Position numbers and translations under genes: made by a program
Origin: Octopus vulgaris
Lineage: Eukaryota
DNA: 64,000 nucleotides
NCBI GenBank assembly: GCA_951406725.2
Contig: OX597821.1
Coordinates: 36,642,001 to 36,706,000, forward strand
Reading direction: 5' to 3'
Shown here: positions 14,724-29,403 of the stretch, piece after piece
Position numbering within the stretch: the first letter of the stretch is position 1
How the letters are laid out: every line of letters begins with the position of its first letter
The notes under the pieces: generated by a model
Databases searched by the model: none
Told to the model about the DNA's origin: nothing
The model's input: only the letters and a program-made list of their open reading frames with translations

Positions 14724-15023
14724 GAAAGTAGATAAGTTCCTGTGAAAATCAATCTAGTGTTTGGCGATATATTTCACTCTTATATCGCTTGAGATGTTTG
14801 GCAACTCTCACTTACAATGTTTTCTTCATATATATATATATAAAAAAAAGAGGTAAACGCGAGGCAAAACTCGAGGCTACCCAACAGACCACAGGTAATA
14901 CAATTACGATGTCTTCAGATACACAGCCATACTAAAACAGAAGAGAATTTTAAAAACTACCACATCAGAACGACTACGTCCACGACCCTCAACACCTCTA
15001 TAACCACCACCACCACCACCACC

Positions 15024-15054
<31 letters not shown>

Positions 15055-17004
15055 TTTTTGAAAATAGAAAATTTCCAACATTGGCAATAACCCGTCTGAT
15101 TTCTTTGTCTACCATTTTCGCAATACCATAGTACCGAGAAAGAAAAGTTAAAAAAAACTTTTCATCATTGTGAATATATTATGAAAAGAATCTTCGAAAT
15201 GCACTGCTGCTCTTTGCTTCAAAATACCTTTAAAACGGACCAATCTTTATATCGAAAAGGAGCTTTAAGTAATTGTTAGTGATTTTAGTGATTTTAGCTG
15301 TACATTTCCTACAGAAATCCGTCTTGATTTCACTTCCTTCAATGTTGTTCAGTTGGAGGTTGAACAGGGAGTGTAATCCAGCATCTTTGATGTGTTGAAA
15401 ATGTTTATGAATTCTTCCATGTTATTAGCTTCTTCAATGATGTGACGCTGACGATATCGTCTACATATTTGATAAAGAAAGAACGCGAGTGGTAGATACT
15501 GAGCGCTATGCGTTCCAGCCGGTCGCTGTAAAGGCCAGTAGGTCTGACAGGCTGAAAACCCATAAACAGGCTTGAACTTTGTATGTATTGTAATGAAAGT
15601 TGAAATATGTATGATTAACTATAAGCGACGAAAGACGGTGCTTGTCGGAGGCAGTGAGTTCAAAGTAGTCTGGCCTGGATGAAGCGATATATTCAATAAA
15701 TTAGCGGAAAGAAGAGCAGGGACTGAAGAGTAAGTAAACGCTCCGTCAAGGGTGAAAATATATTTGTTGTACTTAAGGGTGTCGAATTCAAATGGGCTAG
15801 AAAAAGCATCCAAATGCTCCTCAAATACCCTAACTATTTAAATAATACGAAAGGTATCTTGGATAAGGATTCCTAGATATACCCTGCATGAAAATAACAA
15901 GATGCCAACAGGAGCGAAATGGTCTTAGTCAAAGGTTTACTGGGTTAAACAACAAATACATAAAACTCGTGAGATATGAAAAAAACTTTGAAATTTAGGG
16001 CGGGTCCTTTATCGAACAAGAAGTGAGGAAGTGTTATAGCGGATTTGTCTAAGTCATCTCTGAACCAGCGGCCGTATGACCACGTCCAAGCCGTGAACAT
16101 CCTGTTAAGTTATAATGCAGTGTATCTTAAGCTACACCGTTAGCAAATATGTCGTTCCTGTTAAGACAGTAAAGTGTCGTTTTAGGGAAATCTGACTGCT
16201 ATTTCTAGCAAGTAAAGCGACTGTGAATTGTTTCGCTCGTTAGCTGATATCAAGAATTGTATTCAACGGTGATAAATAAAATTCAATTGTCCTAAAACAA
16301 CAGCCAGCCCTCTCACACACCACAATCTAATCTTACAACAGGACACATACGTTGGTACACACTTTTGCTGAAAAAAGGCGGGTTGGTCATGTTTTGCACG
16401 CCTTTGATTGTAAGTCTACGCGATCAGGGCTGAGTAAGTAACACAGCAGCACAACAACAACAATTTCAATACTTGTCTTTGTTGACTTTTGCTTGTTCTT
16501 TTTTCTTACATGGCTTCCCAAGTAGCTTTCTCATTTTCCTTTCCCATCGTTCGAGAGACACTGCTAATTTGGCATTACCTGACATCCTATAGGTACATTG
16601 GAAAGGTGCTCTCGCTCAGTACAATACTGTGTGTGTGTATACATACATTTATATACATATATTTTTATATTTATATATGTATGCATGCGTGTATGTATGC
16701 ATGTAATGCATGCATGTATGTATGCATGTATGCATGTATGTATGCATGTATGTATGTATGTATGTATGCATGTATTTATGTATGTATGTATGTATGTATG
16801 TATGTATGTATGTATGTATGTATGTATGTATGTATGTATGTATGTATGTATGTATGTATGTATAGAGAGATATAGACAAGACGTTAAGTTAAAGTACAGT
16901 TCGGTGGACATTTTACTGTTCTTCAGCATTACAGGTAGCCAGGCAGTCTAGGAACGACCATTTAGCGCAAAGTAGAAATCAGACACATAAAACAAGGAAA
17001 CAAA

Positions 17005-17095
<91 letters not shown>

Positions 17096-17716
17096 CGATG
17101 ATAATAATAATGCACTGCTCTCCACTCGGTAATAATAACAATAAGAGATGAAGAGTGTTAGGGGAGATAAGGAGGGGAAGATAAATAAAAATGAAATTAA
17201 ATGGAACGATAGAGAAAATGAGAAAGATAGAGAAAAGGAGGGAGAAAGAGAGAGAGAAAGAGTGATGAAACTGAAGGGTGTTGCTAAAGTTATTTGGCGG
17301 TTTTTAATTGTTTTCTGTTTTCATTTTTTTTTTTAGTTGTTCAATATTATGTGTGTGTCTGTGAATGTTACGCATACATATATATATTTATATGACTCTT
17401 TATATATATGCATATGTGTGTGTGTGTGTGTTTGTTTTTGCATGTATGTATGCATATACATATAGACACACATATATATATATATGTATTTATATGTATA
17501 TACATATATATGTATGTATGGATGTATGTATATATACATATGTGTATATATATATATATATGTACATACGTATATATGCATAAATATTTTTTTTAATTGT
17601 TCAATATTATCTATGTGCGTGAATGTTATACATACATGCATACACACACACACACATATATATATATACATACATGCATACACATATATATATACATTTA
17701 TATTATATATATATAT

Positions 17717-17828
<112 letters not shown>

Positions 17829-18916
17829 ATATATGTACACAAGCATTCATACACATTTATACATGTGTGTGTGTGTGTGTGTTTATGTGTGTATGTGTAC
17901 ACTTAACACAAATATACACGCACACATACCCACGTATTATTTTTTACTCTTTCCTTCTGAGGTCAATTGTAAAAGGCCACAAAGCTGTTAAAATCACAAA
18001 CAGCAAACGTCTGGTCACATAAGTAATATTTTGACAACTCAACGAGAATAATTGGATATCTGATAGGGGGCGCCAATTGCCATGGCGGCCGATGAACGGT
18101 AGTGAAAGATAATTGAGCCCTGGTTGCACTGTTGCTTTCATCATCATCGTCTTCGTTGTCGTCGTCGTGGTTGTTGTTACTGTTGCTATTATTATTCTTA
18201 TTTTCTTCTTCATGTTGTTGTTTACTCGTAGTAGACATTTCTTGTGAATACCATTGTTGCTTATACTTATTATTTTTCCTTTAAATTTTTGTTATTTTAT
18301 TACTACATTTTTTGCTTTTTCTTCTTCGTTCGCTTCTTCGTTTTCTTTTTTTTTTTTTTTTACAAATATTTATGTCATTTCGTTTCATTTTGTTTGTTTC
18401 GTTTCGTTTGTTTTTGACGTACCTCTGTGCCGTGCAACAGACCAATTATGAAAATACATTATCAACTTGATGCTTGTTATCCTTTTCCTTCGAACTGGCA
18501 CAGAGCGGACTCCTGAGAAGCGGCTGTGTTCTCTCTCTTTCTTTCGCTCTTTGTCCTGCTCTCATTCATTCACTCACTCTCTTTCTCTCCATTCTTTCCC
18601 CCACTTTCATCACACCATTACACCTCTCCCTCTTTTCTTCTCTCTCACTTTCTCACCACACACACAGACACTACATCTCTCACTTCTCCCTCGTCACACT
18701 AACTGACCTCCAACTCTTTTACCCATTTTTTTGTCTCTTATTTCTTGCTATCTATTTTCTACTCGTTACCATTTTTGCCTTCGTATTCATTCTCCCTCTC
18801 ACTTCTTTCCTTTCTTCCTTTCTCTCTCTCTCTCTCCCTATATATGTGTGTGCGCGCATGCGCGTGTGCATAAGTACATATTTGCTGGTGAAAGAGAGAG
18901 AGAGGGAGAGAGAGAG

Positions 18917-18995
<79 letters not shown>

Positions 18996-19010
18996 AATGA
19001 AGAAAGAAAA

Positions 19011-19059
<49 letters not shown>

Positions 19060-19092
19060 AATGGATAAAGAAAGAAAGAAAGAAAGAAATGA

Positions 19093-19128
<36 letters not shown>

Positions 19129-19432
19129 GAGAAAGAAAGAAAGAAAGAACGAAAGGAAGGAAGATAGTACTCACATACAAGTATATTCGTGTAATATGCA
19201 TATATGCAGAAATGCAGGGAGACGGTTTGACAGACAAAAGAAGCAGCAGATAACTTCGAGAGAGTTTCTTGTTGGTTATGAAGCTTGGCTCAGGCCACGT
19301 TTAATTTGATAGCACCATCTGCTAAAGTTCTTTAAGTTATGATTTAGTAGTTTATGATTTGTGTCATCATGGCCTACACCAATAAGGTGTTGTCGATGGC
19401 TGAAACGTACCCATGTATTTAGTGGTTTGCCA

Positions 19433-20142
19433 AGGTGGCGAGCTGGCAGAAACGTTAGCACGCCGGGCGAAATGCGTAGCCGTATTTCGTCTGCCGTTAC
19501 GTTCTGAGTTCAAATTCCGCCGAGATCGACTTTACCTTTCATCCTTTCAGGGTCGATAAATTAAGTACCAGTTTCGCACTGGGGTCGATGTAATCGACTT
19601 AATCCCTTTGTCTGTCCTTGTTTGTCCCCTCTATGTTTAGCCCCTTGTGGGCAATAAAGAAATAAGAAACGTTAACACGCCGGGCGAAATGCGTAGCGGT
19701 ATTTCGTCTGCCGTTACGTTCTGAGTTCAAATTCCGCCAAGGTCGACTTTGCCTTTCATCCTTTCGGGGTCGATAAATTAAGTACCAGTTACGCACTGGG
19801 GTCGATATAATCGACTTAATCCGTTTGTCTGTCCTGTGGGTAATAAAGAAATATATTTAGTGGTTTGTCTGAGAGATTTGTCTATGGACCATTTATAGGT
19901 TGCAGGGTCGAATTTTTTCCCTACTTTGTTTCTGGATAATGTCAAATAAAGTAGGAAGACGATAAGCTGGCAAAATCATTAACACGCCGATCAAAATGCT
20001 TAGCGGCATTTTGTACGTCCTTATCTTCTGAGTTCAAATCCTGCCTGGGTCGACTTTACCTTTCATCCTTTCGGGGTCGATAAATTAAATACCAATTGAA
20101 CACTGGGGTCGATGTAATCGACTTACTCCTTCCCCGAAATTG
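19433..20142 (+). mobile_element. Cluster of three SINE family B copies (19433-19665, 19666-19852, 19960-20142)
   Basis: Repeated cgccgggcgaaatgc...ttctgagttcaaat...cctttcatcctttcggggtcgataaatt; the first two copies are directly tandem. Confidence 0.9.
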
Positions 20143-20348
20143 TTATATTAAATAAAGCAGTGCTGGTTGAAGTAAAATAGTTGTGTCACAATGTGTTATC
20201 AGTTGAATCGCATGTTTGTAAGAAGTGTATATCACGGTGCCCTTGCCTTGCGTGAATTTTAAATTTGATGTTGAAATCATTTTAGCAATGCTATTGATAT
20301 ATGTCCACACTATGCTGCTCACGGCGACATCGATGGTAATATAGACTA

Positions 20349-21448
20349 CTAGCAGCATAGCCCGGCGTTGCCCGGGTATGTAAGAGCCCCTAGTAGGCAA
20401 CGACTAATCCCAATCTAGTCCTTTCCCTCTAGGCAACGAAGGCGCATGTGTAGGTTGCAATGTCTTCTCTTCACTCCCAAATAACTATCAAACAGCTATC
20501 GATAATTCAACCCAATCAATTCCTACCAGGAAGAAATTACATTTGAGACTTTATCCCCAACACTTCTGCAAACAGCTTTATAACTACCACCCCAAACGTT
20601 TTACCTTAAATTTTTGACGTACCCTAAGGGTCCTCGGACGCTACTTGCAAACTCTTGGTTTATTATAAACCGCTTTTGTCGTGTGCACCAAAAAAACCTT
20701 TTCCATTCGTTTGTTCAGTTTGGTCACTTTTGACTTTATCGTTGTTGTCACTCACATTGCTGCCCGCTTTTTTGCCGTTTTTGTACATTTTTATACATTT
20801 TGGGATACTTACTGAGAGTTAAAAAGGTCGAGTTGCGTCCCCTAGACAGTCTGTGGTTTGTGTTTAATACACAAATCGGTTTGCTATGTGTGCCACATAT
20901 GATTTAATTAACCGATTTTTTCCAGTAATAAAGTATCCTATTGGAATAAAAAGGGCCATATAGCTCCTTGGAGCAGACATGATGCTCGCTGTGAATTTAA
21001 AAAAAATTCCTGCCAATTTGTGAAAGATATTGTCGAAAATATGTCATCTTGAATTTGAACACGATTTCCCAAAATGGCATGATTTTATCGATTTTTCTGA
21101 TGGTAAGGTATTGCATGGAAAACAAACGTCAGAATTAAGTTTCTTAGGGTAACATTAAGCTTCACCATGAGTTTGGTGAAATCGATTGCAAGTTGCGAAA
21201 ACTATAACAGAAAATGTGTTGCATATAAAAAGCTTAGATTCTCGACCCCATGTCGAATTTATCGATTGTTTTCAGAACTGGGTGGAACTTTTCAAAATTT
21301 TCGCTGCGTTAGTTTTGAATTATGACATTGGGCTATGTGTGTGTCAAGTTTCATCAGAATCAGTTGAAAGCCGTGGTCAGGGTGAGGGTACAACCTGACA
21401 GACACACAGACACACAGACTGACAAACTGCCGTTTATATAGAGAGAGA
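20349..21448 (-). mobile_element. Non-autonomous Helitron
   Basis: Minus strand A|TC start at 21448 with a nearby (TCTG)-type microsatellite; subterminal hairpin cccgggcaacgccggg; CTAG|T end at 20349; no TSD. Confidence 0.85.
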
Positions 21449-22239
21449 TGAATGATTTGAGATGGTCCTATTAACTAAGACCTGTTTTTCTTAAGTAATT
21501 GCTCTTTAGAGAGTCTCAATTTTCATAATGTATGTTTTATATGGGGAGACCTTAGGCTCAACACTCCTTTTTAAAGGAAAAGGAGAATAGTATTATCTGG
21601 CTCCCTAAACCGGAAAGTTCTGAGAAAGAAGGAGCTCATCTTGAAATCCATAACAAGTTTTCTTGTTGGTGTATATGATATTGCTGAGGTTGTCATTTTT
21701 TAAAAATCTTTTTGAGACTGATAGCTGTCCTTAAATGCAAGTTCTATCTACGCCATTAATATTTTCAAGATGACGCTGTCCTCTTAAAGCTGGTATACTT
21801 TGGTAAAAGTTTCATTATAGAGGTTGTCAAAAAACCTTCTTTTTACAAAAACCGGCTTTTAACCAACTTCCTCAGATAGCTGCAAAGTAGAATCTGGCGT
21901 TATTTGAATTCAGAGCCCAAGAGTCCGTAAAGACACCGCAAAAACATTCTGTTCAAATTATATATATATATATCAGCGTGTGTGTAGAATGTGTATTGTA
22001 TATATGTGTGTGCATTTGTATGTATGTGTCTATGAGTACATATATATATAAACACAGACACATATATGTTTGTGGTTTGTATACAGATATATATTTTATC
22101 TTTTATCTTTTACTTTTTTCAGTCATTAGATGGCGACCATGTTGGGGTACAGCCTTGAAAGTTTTTTTAGCCGAATGAATCGACCCCAGTAATCATTTTG
22201 TATATATTTGTGTGTGTGTGTATGTACGAAAATAATCGT

Positions 22240-22289
<50 letters not shown>

Positions 22290-22294
<5 letters not shown>

Positions 22295-22629
22295 TTAAGG
22301 GTAGAAATTGATATTTATCAATTAAGACCAGTGGTCTAGCATATTAAAAAAGAATCCGAAGATTAAAATATTTATATATACCAATTAAGGACTGAACACG
22401 AAAAGTGGACAGTCAACATGCTAGATATAGACGTCAAATCGTCATTCTCCACAAAGATTATGTTCTCAGATCAAACTCAACACAAAACCATAGCAATAAA
22501 CAAGTGAAAAATATACGAAATAAAATAATTACCCATGTACTAACTTAGTTTCAGCTGTTATTTTCCGCAAGGAAAACTGCAGCCATGCTGATGATGGCTC
22601 TGTCCACTTTTCGTGTTCAGTCCTTAATT

Positions 22630-22640
<11 letters not shown>
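22290..22640 (-). mobile_element. Penelope-like terminal fragment with inverted repeat and disrupted hammerhead
   Basis: taccaattaaggactgaacacgaaaagtggacag (about 22379-22412) is inverted at about 22600-22633; flanked by (TA)n; the end motif agggtag...accagtggtctagc is shared with 53205-53270. Confidence 0.6.
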
Positions 22641-22669
<29 letters not shown>

Positions 22670-23010
22670 CTTCATACTCAGTCGATGCGCCAAACGTTGC
22701 CGCTGTAGCTGTGAAATCGACTTTCGCGTGATCTGTAATAACTGGTAGAAAAAACGGCTCGCAACGGAGATTTACGACTCACGCTATTGTCTGATCCGCA
22801 CGCCTGCATGGCTGGCTGACTCGTCGTTTAGCTGGACAAATGTATGCCTGAAAGTCAGTTGTGTGTTGGCCTTGATGTTAGTGGGATGTTTATGATAATT
22901 ATTGTGATAGTTGATTTGGGTTAATGGAAGGGAGATGAGGACTTGGTATGGACGATTGATTGCAGCACACGAACTACGTGCATCATAGACACATATTTAG
23001 CGAATATTGT

Positions 23011-23080
<70 letters not shown>

Positions 23081-23321
23081 GTGTGTGTGCGTGTGTGTGT
23101 GTGTGTGTGCGTGTACATATATTTGATGTTCATTGTAAATAATAGCGATTATTTTCTTCGAAGTACACTTTATACAAAAGTATACATTTGAGAAACCAGT
23201 ATCGGTAGTAGACATACATATGTATGTACATACATATGCATACATACAAACATACATATATGCATATACATATATATGTATACATATATGTGTATATATA
23301 TGTATATATGTATGTATGTAA

Positions 23322-23353
<32 letters not shown>

Positions 23354-23484
23354 GTGTGTGTGTGTTTGTATATATGAATATATATATATGTATATATATG
23401 TATATATATATATATATATATTCATATATATATATCTATACATATATATATATATATATATATATGCATATATATAGATATATG

Positions 23485-23547
<63 letters not shown>

Positions 23548-23879
23548 ATGTGCAAATATATGGTCCAATGACCTACAGTTTTGTGCAATGGTACTTACCT
23601 ATTGCTTGTATGTTTGGCTTTAATATAGAATTGTTCAAGGAAAGGTTTCAGAAACTTTATTTAGTATGTATATCACATAAACACAGAAGACATGTTCATT
23701 TAGATGCAAAAGTAAAGTCTGCAAGAGTATGACAAGAAATACTTGCAGAGGTATAAATATATTCAAGTAAATTGGTGGATTCACTTCCGGAGCTCGATTT
23801 CACTTTGCCTTTTTTTTTTTTATTTGGTTATGTAGTTACAACGTTAAAAATCATGGATGCATCTAATTATTATTACTAA

Positions 23880-24250
23880 GCCACACTGTAAATCTCTCTG
23901 AACATTCATCGTTAGCGGCATTTTTTTCAGCCATCTTGAAAACGTCTGAACCACTTGTACACTTGTGTGTGTCTCATACACTCCTCTCCATACACTTCCT
24001 GCAAGTTTGCGTAGGTCTCTGAGCTGGTATCGCCATGACAACTTTCTCCTCCATGGTAAATGCGACGATCACACGCTACACACGTCCATTACAAGCAATG
24101 GTGTAAGCAGCGAAAGAGAGCTAGAACATTAATACTAATGCTCATGCGCAGCAGAGTTCAAGGTCAATCTTTGCTAAGCGGTTTCACTCTGCGTGTCTTA
24201 GCTGAGTTAATAGGGCAACAGTCTGAATACTTATTGATCAGACCTCGTAC
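23880..24250 (-). mobile_element. Mariner 5' TIR and degenerate transposase N-terminus
   Basis: Minus strand tacgaggtctgatcaataagt TIR, then ETYANLQEVYGEECMRHTQVYKWFRRFQDG (mariner HTH) with a stop and deletions. Confidence 0.8.
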
Positions 24251-24268
24251 ATACACGATACAAACATA

Positions 24269-24306
<38 letters not shown>

Positions 24307-24433
24307 GTGTGTGTGTGTGTGTGTGTGTGTACATATATATATATATATACATATATATGTATATATATATATGTGTATATATATATGTATATATGTGTAT
24401 ATATATATTATATATACATATATACATATATGT

Positions 24434-24488
<55 letters not shown>

Positions 24489-24495
24489 CACATAT

Positions 24496-24613
<118 letters not shown>

Positions 24614-25206
24614 CTTTACTTGTTTCACTCATTAGACTGCGACCTTGCTTGGGCACCATACTGAAGAATTTTTAGTCGAATGAATCAACCTCCGAACTTC
24701 TATTTATTTATTTTACAAGCGTGCTGCTTATTCTATCGGAGGCTATGCTGACCCACTATTAAAAAAATTTTTTTTTTTGCCTAATTTGTTGTTTATATTA
24801 TCGGTTATCCATAACAAAGAAACCATAACAAAGTCATGGCCTTACAAAACAATAGATGACCAATTAGATTACAAGACTGATCATAACCCCCAACTCCCCA
24901 CTTCCCGCAGGATTTCAGCTCTTCGATAAACAAAATGTAATGGAAAATAATAAAGTATCTTGATTAATACCCGGAAATGTATTACTTTTAGTACCGACTA
25001 ATATCACTGGTATTAATATAAACTCTAACCCACTTATTGTGGACCTCAAGCCTTCAATAGAAAATACATCGCATGTTTATATGTATATATATATGTTTGT
25101 GTATAATTATAATAATTATATAAAAATAAAAATACGAACTATTGCAGTAATCCTCCCTTCTCAACACAGGAAATATGTATGTAACTATGGGTATGTTTGT
25201 ACGTAA

Positions 25207-25277
<71 letters not shown>

Positions 25278-25285
25278 TGTGTGTA

Positions 25286-25345
<60 letters not shown>

Positions 25346-25494
25346 TATATTCCTTATTTATATAGCTTTTCATTCCTACATAACTACAATAATCTTCAGA
25401 TTTATTGATTTTTTAAATTCCACTATTATTTCTCTTTTGATAATTTTTCTTTCCTCTGCCTATACTTTATCTAATAAGAATAATATAATACACC

Positions 25495-25675
<181 letters not shown>

Positions 25676-25816
25676 TGATTCCTTTGTATGCATATGTATA
25701 GATATGTATTTATGTATATATTTATGTATATATTTATGTATATGTACGCATATGTAAAAGTGTGTATATATGTATGTATTTATATTTATAACTTAAACCT
25801 TATGAACTTTCTAAAC

Positions 25817-25938
25817 TCTCTGACGAAGCCCAGAGGCACACCCAAGTACCTTAAGCTTATCTACCAAATACTTCAGTTCACTGAAGGGATGGAAGTAAAA
25901 TGGGGCACTCTGGCCTCTTGACTGAAACAGCTGTAAGG
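25817..25938 (+). ncRNA. Type I hammerhead fold with long stem II
   Basis: tct CUGACGA ag..ccagag/ctctgg..ct GAAA C(AGCU)G UA agg. Confidence 0.6.
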
Positions 25939-26341
25939 TACTATTCTACTTTCTATGCTCAACGCTATATATTTTAATAATTACTGGTATTTTCATATTT
26001 TATATATTATATATGTAAAGGATATGTTATACATGTATGTATATTGTTCTAATTGTTTTTTTAAATAAATAAATAGATATAATATGTCTAAAAGTTGATG
26101 AATACCACCTCTTGATCCCCTCCATTTTCTTATTGCTGTATAAATTAAGGGTAAAAAAAAAACTTTTCACCTTCACCCATTTATTACATTCAGTAGTGTA
26201 ATTACCATACAATGAAAAAACACTTATGTATTAATAATTGGGTATTCTACCAGCAGTATATTGGATATATATTATCCCTTGGTTGGTTTTACAAACACTA
26301 ACTCTCCTGGAATTAAATTACATATATATGTATATACACAT

Positions 26342-26384
<43 letters not shown>

Positions 26385-26628
26385 GAGAGAGAGAGAGAGA
26401 GAATAATAGATAGATAGATAGATAGAAAGATAGAGATAAATATATGCATGTATTTATATATATATTTATATATACATACACACATACACACACGCGCGCG
26501 CACACGCACACACACTCACACACACTCACACGCAGAGATTCGTCAACTATCTTCATTCTCTTACTTTTTTCCGTCTTCGGATTGCGGCAATGCTGAGGGA
26601 CCATTTCTATGTGTGTCTCAGTGTGTGT

Positions 26629-26668
<40 letters not shown>

Positions 26669-27239
26669 CTGTGTGTGCGTTATTGGAAAGGTATATGCAC
26701 ACATACATACAAATGTACACATGCATACACACACATTCGCACATACACATACAAGGAGAAAACAGAATTTGCCTAACCTTTGAATTATGGCGGCCGGGAA
26801 TGATGTTTGTAACTGGTAAAAATTGTCCATTGTCATCAAATAGTGAATATCATCAAATAGGCAATCGGAGAGAGAGAGAGAGAGAGAGAGAGGGGGTACA
26901 GGAGGAAATAGATCGTTAATAATTAAGGGAACGTGGTTAAGTTTTGGGTGGTATGTCACGTTGAACGTGGTGGTGGAGCTTTGTGGTGGAGCAAATGTTA
27001 TGTACGAGCGGAAGGAAAGAGTAAATTGCAATCACGCAAAACAAACATCAAAAGGAGTGGAGCCGTTAAGCATCATTGCACTGTTAAAAATATTAGCATA
27101 CTGATTGCCGTTTCTGATTTATGAATCTTTCTTCTCTGCTGTACAGCCTGTCTCTTCGTCATTCTTTTCTCGTTTTTTTTTTGTTTCTTTCATCACTTTT
27201 TTTTTCTTCCCCACTTTCCGCTCATCAGGTTTTTATTCC

Positions 27240-27289
<50 letters not shown>

Positions 27290-27380
27290 ACTTCTTCTTC
27301 TTCTTCTCCTTCTTCTTCTCTCTCTCTCTCACTCAGTGTCTTTCTCTCTCTTTTGATATATATATATATGTGCGTGTGTG

Positions 27381-27467
<87 letters not shown>

Positions 27468-27500
27468 GTGTATATATATAAATATATATATATATGTATG

Positions 27501-27540
<40 letters not shown>

Positions 27541-28019
27541 TTTCTCTCTCACGTCATTTCACATCATGTCTTACTTTCATTTGTCTTCTCATAGCTATTT
27601 ATTTTCTTTCTCTCTCTCTCTCCCTCTCTCTCTCTCGTTTCTTCGTCACTTTTTTTTTAAATTTAGCTTTCTTCTCTCTTTTTTGCTCAGTTCTGGTGCA
27701 TTTTGCTTGTAGAATCGCTCGTGATTGAAAGTTTGTGGTAGCCATCGCAGTTGTAACTATGAGAGTACTAGCTGTAGTGATGTTCATCGTTGTGTTTAGG
27801 TATTGGCAGTGGTTGTGCTAGTGGTAATCGAGGTAGTGCTGGTAGTAGCAATTAATGTTGATTAGTTGTCGTTGTTGTTATTGTAGTATTAACTATATGG
27901 ATATTGATGTAGAGGTGGCGACGGCGGCGGGAATACATTCTATATTTTAGAGTCTGGATCATTCAAACTTATCAGTGTGAGAAAAGAAACTGTCCATAAC
28001 AACATACTAAATAAATACT

Positions 28020-28395
28020 GTTAGTTAGTTAGTTAGTTACTTAATTTTTTGGCTCAAAAAGCAAAAAGCAAGGCCATGTAGGGGGACATGGAATTATGTA
28101 CAGGGTGGTGTTCATGTAAAGAGTTCAGGCCACTTGTGGTCAAGGGAGACTTTGAGCCGAGCGGTCGTCGGCATCTTCACCATCTCGTCCGGCAGCTTAT
28201 TCCACGGATCCGCAACCCGGACGGAGAAAGCCCCTCTCCTTCGATTGAGATGAAATCGTCGCAGATAGAGCTTTTTGGAATGACCCCGCAGCCGACGCTC
28301 TGGAGCAGGAGTGAAGAACAGCTCTTTCGAGAGGTTACACTTTCCGCTTATGATGTTGTGAGCAAGAATGAGATCACCACGGCACCGTCGAACCA
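28020..28395 (-). mobile_element. CR1-group LINE 3' end
   Basis: ORF RRCRGDLILAHNIISG...LRGHSKKL...RGAFSVRVADPWNKLP, a typical CR1-group ORF2 C-terminus; (TAAC)n tail. Confidence 0.85.
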
Positions 28396-29016
28396 TAATT
28401 TATCTGGTCAGTACAACGAACATATCTATTCACAAAATAGCTGTAGTTTAAGGCGCAAGTAGTAATGATTCCACAGAAAAATCCATCTGCCTAGGAAAAC
28501 ATATTGAAGCTAAGGATTAGAAATGAGGAAGCGGTCTTGTTCCAAATCCAGTAAAATAGTTTTAGAATCTGATTTTATTGGCATAACAATTATTCTTAAA
28601 TGCTAAAAGACAATGAAAAGGCTATAACAAGACATAGACTTATACGTTGTGGTTTCGCTTTACACATGCCCAGACATGATTTACTAGACCTAAGGCGTTC
28701 TGTGTTCATCCCATATTTTTTCAGGCATAGTGCTTCGTAACATTATTGTCTAGTATGTAAGACGATAGACGAAAACGAAGACGATTTGTAAGAGGTTTAA
28801 GGAAGGTATAGCTACTATTTCTAATATACTGAGAGACCTCGTTGGACATAGTGTGTGTAGAATAGCATCGAAAGCCTCCTATTTTATCAGTGCTTAACTT
28901 AAAATCTTTAAATTTCTCTATGAAGAAGGCTTTAATACGAACTTGTTCAGATTTGTGAAATGTATAATAGAATATTTTTACTCAAGTATACCGTTTAGGA
29001 TTTCTTAGACAATTGG

Positions 29017-29109
<93 letters not shown>

Positions 29110-29115
<6 letters not shown>

Positions 29116-29321
29116 ATTCAACAAAAACAATAACAATATTTAACAAAAACATCTTTAAATGACGGTCTGACCGTCTGTCAAGCAAATGGGAAGCAGTAAT
29201 TGCAGTAGATGATGAATATGCTCCGGAATAATCATTTAAAGATGTTTTTGTTACATTTTCTTATTGTTTTTGTTGAATAAAATTTGTTTTAAAAAGCTGC
29301 AATAATTATGCACCAACCCAA
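29110..29321. mobile_element. Mariner-type MITE with one end lost
   Basis: Inverted copy of 30214-30440; ends tgcaccaacccaa followed by TA. Confidence 0.8.
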
Positions 29322-29330
29322 TATATATGA

Positions 29331-29403
<73 letters not shown>

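Noticed and set aside
27804-27826. tggcagtg start resembling the miR-34 seed
   Set aside because: Lies in low-complexity GTN-rich sequence, diverges after the seed, and no hairpin partner is seen
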